A stretch of DNA of 35,043 nucleotides from Candidatus Woesearchaeota archaeon (GTDB lineage: Archaea > Nanobdellota > Nanobdellia > Pacearchaeales > GW2011-AR1): the NCBI GenBank assembly GCA_964630965.1, contig CAZVXB010000001.1:1-35043 (forward strand), read 5' to 3'. The first letter of the stretch is position 1; each line of letters opens with the position of its first letter. The translations under genes were made by a program, and so were the position numbers. The notes beneath the pieces are model-generated. The model had not been told where the DNA came from. It did no database searches and saw nothing but the letters and a program-made list of their open reading frames with translations. Positions 32,551-35,043 of this stretch are shown here, one piece after another.

Positions 32551-32559
32551 TTTTAAATA
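32551..32559 (-). promoter_or_regulatory. TATA-like box for the five-gene minus-strand sugar operon (32530 down to 28059)
   Basis: The minus strand reads TATTTAAAA. Its centre is 25 nt from the ATG at 32530. Downstream genes are separated by 6, then 9 (track starts; 30 with my revised GT2 start at 30352), then 12 nt, and finally a 4-nt overlap. Confidence 0.5.
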
Positions 32560-32604
32560 CTTTTTGCTAGTCAAGAACATATACGCGGATTTCTCAAATA
32601 AAGG

Positions 32605-32612
32605 TTTATATA
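32605..32612 (+). promoter_or_regulatory. TATA-like box for aglB
   Basis: TTTATATA with its centre 26 nt upstream of the ATG at 32635. Confidence 0.5.
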
Positions 32613-32634
32613 CGGTATAAGTTCATAGCTATCG

Positions 32635-35043
32635 ATGGAAGGACATCATAGGCCTGCTTCTGAAAACCAACTAGTAGCCGAGCGGAAGGATAAGATTCTA
32701 AGCACACTCAAGAGAAATACTGATTTTATTGCCTACCCTCTTCTCGCATTTATAGTTTTCATCGCCGTAAAAATAAGAACTGCAAACCTCGCAGGATTAA
32801 GGGATATTACAACGGGTGATTGGACGCTTGGTCCCGACTTAGACCCCTTCCTCTTCTTGCGCTGGGCAAAGTACATTGTAGAAAACGGAAGCCTCATGGT
32901 TCTCGATACTATGCGTTATGCTCCGATTGGATTTGATACTTCTTATGAGCTTAGTCTTCACGTATATCTTATCCATTGGTTTCATGAAATTGCATCTGTA
33001 TTAGGGTCTTCATCAATAACTCAGTCTGCAGTGATTTATCCCGTATTTATGTTTGCCCTCTCAGTGATTGCCTTTTTCCTCATGACTCGTGCCTTTTTCA
33101 TCAACTCTATGACCAAGAACCAATCAAACGCAATCGCTCTCATCGGTGCTTTCTTTCTTTCTGTAACTCCTGCCCTCATTCCACGAACAATAGCCGGAAT
33201 TCCAGAAAAAGAAGCAAGCGGAATTCTCTTCTTATTCCTCGCATTTTACTTTTTCATTTCAGCTTGGAACGCTAAAGCAAATATTTGGAAATATGGGGCT
33301 GCTCTTCTTGCAGGCGTATCAACTGCCCTTATGGGTCTTGTTTGGGGAGGATATCTTTACATAATTATTACAATTGGTCCTGCAGTCTTCATTTCATTTA
33401 TTCTGGGAAAAGTAACTGCAGATAGGAAATACATTTACTATACGTGGATAGTCTCAGCTATAGCCTTACTTTTACTATGTACTAATCGATATTCATTAAA
33501 TGAATTATTAGGGTCAACTACAAACGCTCCCTGTATATTTGTTTTCTTACTTCTTCTATTTGACTCTCTCATCTACAACACCTCTCTAAAAAATTATGTT
33601 TCAAGATTACCCTGGCTTTCTAAACTTTCCAGGCCCGTAATTTCAACAATAGTAACAATAGTTGGAGGAATTATTATTTCATCTCTAATGTTCGGACCAA
33701 CATTCATTATTGATAAAATAATGTCTCTCAAAAGATTTCTCATAACCACATCGGTAGATAGACTAAACGTGACTGTTGCCGAGAATAGACAGCCTTATTT
33801 TGTTGAATGGGTTACCAGCTTTGGCCCACAAGTAGCAAAAATATTTATCTTCTTTTGGGCTTTTTTTGTGGGTGCTATTCTTCTCTTTTATAATGCAGTA
33901 AGGTCTCTAGGTAAGAAAGAATCGATTGTCCTCACAACGTTCTTCACCTTTTTCCTTTCGTCTATAGCTTTTAGTAGATACTCTCCAACCAGTATTTTTA
34001 ATGGAACTAACTTCCCTAGCTTGTTATTCTATGCTCTTGGCTTTTTCTCCTTCCTCTTTATTGCAGGCTACTATTATAAAAAACATTACGCTGCTTCTGA
34101 TGACTTTTTAACTAAGGTTGACTCGGGCTCTATTTTTGTTCTTGTCTTCTTTATTACAAGTCTTATTTCTGCTCGAGGAGGAGTTAGACTGGTTATGATG
34201 CTTGTCCCCTCTGTTTCAATTCTTGCGGCTTATTTGTTTGTAAAAGGAAGCTTGCTTCTCAACACACCCAAAGAAGAACCCTCAAAACGAAGAATTTCAA
34301 CTTACATAGTCATAGGGATCATGTCTCTCGCATTTATCTTCGCAGGGTATAACTTTTATACCACTTCCTTAACTTCTGCTGAGGGATATATCCCTTCAAT
34401 ATATAACCAACAATGGCAAAAGGCCATGGCTTGGGTACGAGAAAGTACACCCTCAAATGCTGTTTTCGGGCATTGGTGGGATTATGGTTACTGGGTGCAA
34501 AGCATAGGTGAACGCGCAACAGTTCTCGATGGAGGGAACGCAAAGTCCTATTGGAATCACATGATGGGAAGATACGCGCTAACAGGCCCCAACGAGCAAG
34601 AGGCTTTAGAATTTCTATATGCACATAACACCACTCATTTCCTCATCGATTCTACAGATATAGGAAAATATGGGGCATTTTCAAGCATAGGTTCAAACGC
34701 AAGTTACGATCGAACGAGCTTTATAGTCCCATTTAATCAAGATTCACGTCAAACACAGGAAAGGAAAAATTCAACCCTCTTCATTTATACTGGAGGGATA
34801 AGTCTAGATCAGGATATAGTCTATAATCTCAATGGAACGCTTTTGTTCCTTCCAGCAAATAGGGCCGGACTTGGGGCTATTCTCATTGAGAAGTCTCTTG
34901 AAGGAGAGCTAATGACTCAACCACTCGGAATTTTTGTATATAATGGAAATCAATATACCTTGCCTCTAAGATACGCCTTTGACGGAAAATTCGAGGATTT
35001 CGGAACAGGAATAGAGTCTGGAGTCTTTTTCCTCCCTCGTGTT
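32635..35043 (+). CDS. aglB: archaeal oligosaccharyltransferase AglB (STT3 family), 3'-truncated by the window edge
   Basis: Not in the ORF track. I translated 803 codons by hand from the ATG at 32635 to the window end and found no stop (an in-frame TAG lies at 32626). First-loop DLD is at 32836..32844. TVAE (TIXE/SVSE-type motif) is at 33772..33783. WWDYG is at 34474..34488. The DK motif DIGKYGAFSSIG starts at 34657. Confidence 0.92.
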   Translation, partial: MEGHHRPASENQLVAERKDKILSTLKRNTDFIAYPLLAFIVFIAVKIRTANLAGLRDITTGDWTLGPDLDPFLFLRWAKYIVENGSLMVLDTMRYAPIGFDTSYELSLHVYLIHWFHEIASVLGSSSITQSAVIYPVFMFALSVIAFFLMTRAFFINSMTKNQSNAIALIGAFFLSVTPALIPRTIAGIPEKEASGILFLFLAFYFFISAWNAKANIWKYGAALLAGVSTALMGLVWGGYLYIIITIGPAVFISFILGKVTADRKYIYYTWIVSAIALLLLCTNRYSLNELLGSTTNAPCIFVFLLLLFDSLIYNTSLKNYVSRLPWLSKLSRPVISTIVTIVGGIIISSLMFGPTFIIDKIMSLKRFLITTSVDRLNVTVAENRQPYFVEWVTSFGPQVAKIFIFFWAFFVGAILLFYNAVRSLGKKESIVLTTFFTFFLSSIAFSRYSPTSIFNGTNFPSLLFYALGFFSFLFIAGYYYKKHYAASDDFLTKVDSGSIFVLVFFITSLISARGGVRLVMMLVPSVSILAAYLFVKGSLLLNTPKEEPSKRRISTYIVIGIMSLAFIFAGYNFYTTSLTSAEGYIPSIYNQQWQKAMAWVRESTPSNAVFGHWWDYGYWVQSIGERATVLDGGNAKSYWNHMMGRYALTGPNEQEALEFLYAHNTTHFLIDSTDIGKYGAFSSIGSNASYDRTSFIVPFNQDSRQTQERKNSTLFIYTGGISLDQDIVYNLNGTLLFLPANRAGLGAILIEKSLEGELMTQPLGIFVYNGNQYTLPLRYAFDGKFEDFGTGIESGVFFLPRV

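Noticed and set aside
34334-34624. A 96-aa minus-strand ORF, the only track ORF in the last 2.5 kb.
   Set aside because: It lies antisense within the aglB reading frame and covers the WWDYG region. It has no motif and a basic low-complexity sequence.
1-35043. I looked for CRISPR arrays, transposases or integrases, toxin-antitoxin pairs, restriction-modification or other defence genes, and tRNA-flanked island boundaries (direct repeats of tRNA 3' ends).
   Set aside because: I found no regularly spaced direct repeats, no recombinase-like ORFs and no nuclease or methylase motifs other than the sugar and small-molecule SAM methyltransferases. The tRNA cluster at 11.5-11.7 kb is not adjacent to the low-GC block, and I saw no duplicated tRNA 3' segment.

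Overview
Archaeal chromosomal window. It carries archaea-only genes (L21e, RpoF/Rpb4, RpoN, RNase P Rpr2, AglB/STT3, archaeal-order secF-secD). Hand-counted 60-nt lines give about 40-42% GC, falling to about 27% in part of the glycan region. Gene packing is very tight, with about 43 genes in 35 kb. Layout: (i) 1-3.5 kb, one minus-strand information-processing operon (Zn-ribbon ORF?, L21e, RpoF, DUF655, S13, S4, S11, RpoD, tRNA-Leu). (ii) 3.6-7.6 kb, a MacB/FtsX-type ABC module: ATPase, a secreted beta-sandwich repeat protein and two tandem permease paralogues that share a 182-bp near-identical tract. (iii) 7.7-15.4 kb, housekeeping genes: RpoN, Rpr2, a polyprenyl synthase, an orphan 5S rRNA hidden under spurious ORFs, two cytidylate-kinase-like genes, a CorA-like gene, three tRNAs, secF/secD and an LhgO-like flavoprotein. 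(iv) 15.5-35 kb, a roughly 19.6-kb glycan island ending in a long open-ended aglB ORF that is absent from the supplied ORF track. The island holds Gmd, a ColD/E1-type 3-dehydratase, two Zn-ribbon sugar C-methyltransferases, a cupin, four SDRs, two small methyltransferases, three GT2s, a CgeB-like GT, a GT-C enzyme and a Wzx-like flippase. The most interesting inference is a bacterial-style deoxy/branched-sugar pathway wired to archaeal N-glycosylation. Other observations: a window-wide TTTAAA-type element about 25-27 nt upstream of start codons (suggesting leaderless mRNAs), two symmetric bidirectional promoters, and all seven convergent gene junctions overlapping or abutting. I found no CRISPR array, transposase, integrase or recognisable defence genes. 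All family calls come from motif recognition by eye; no database search was run.
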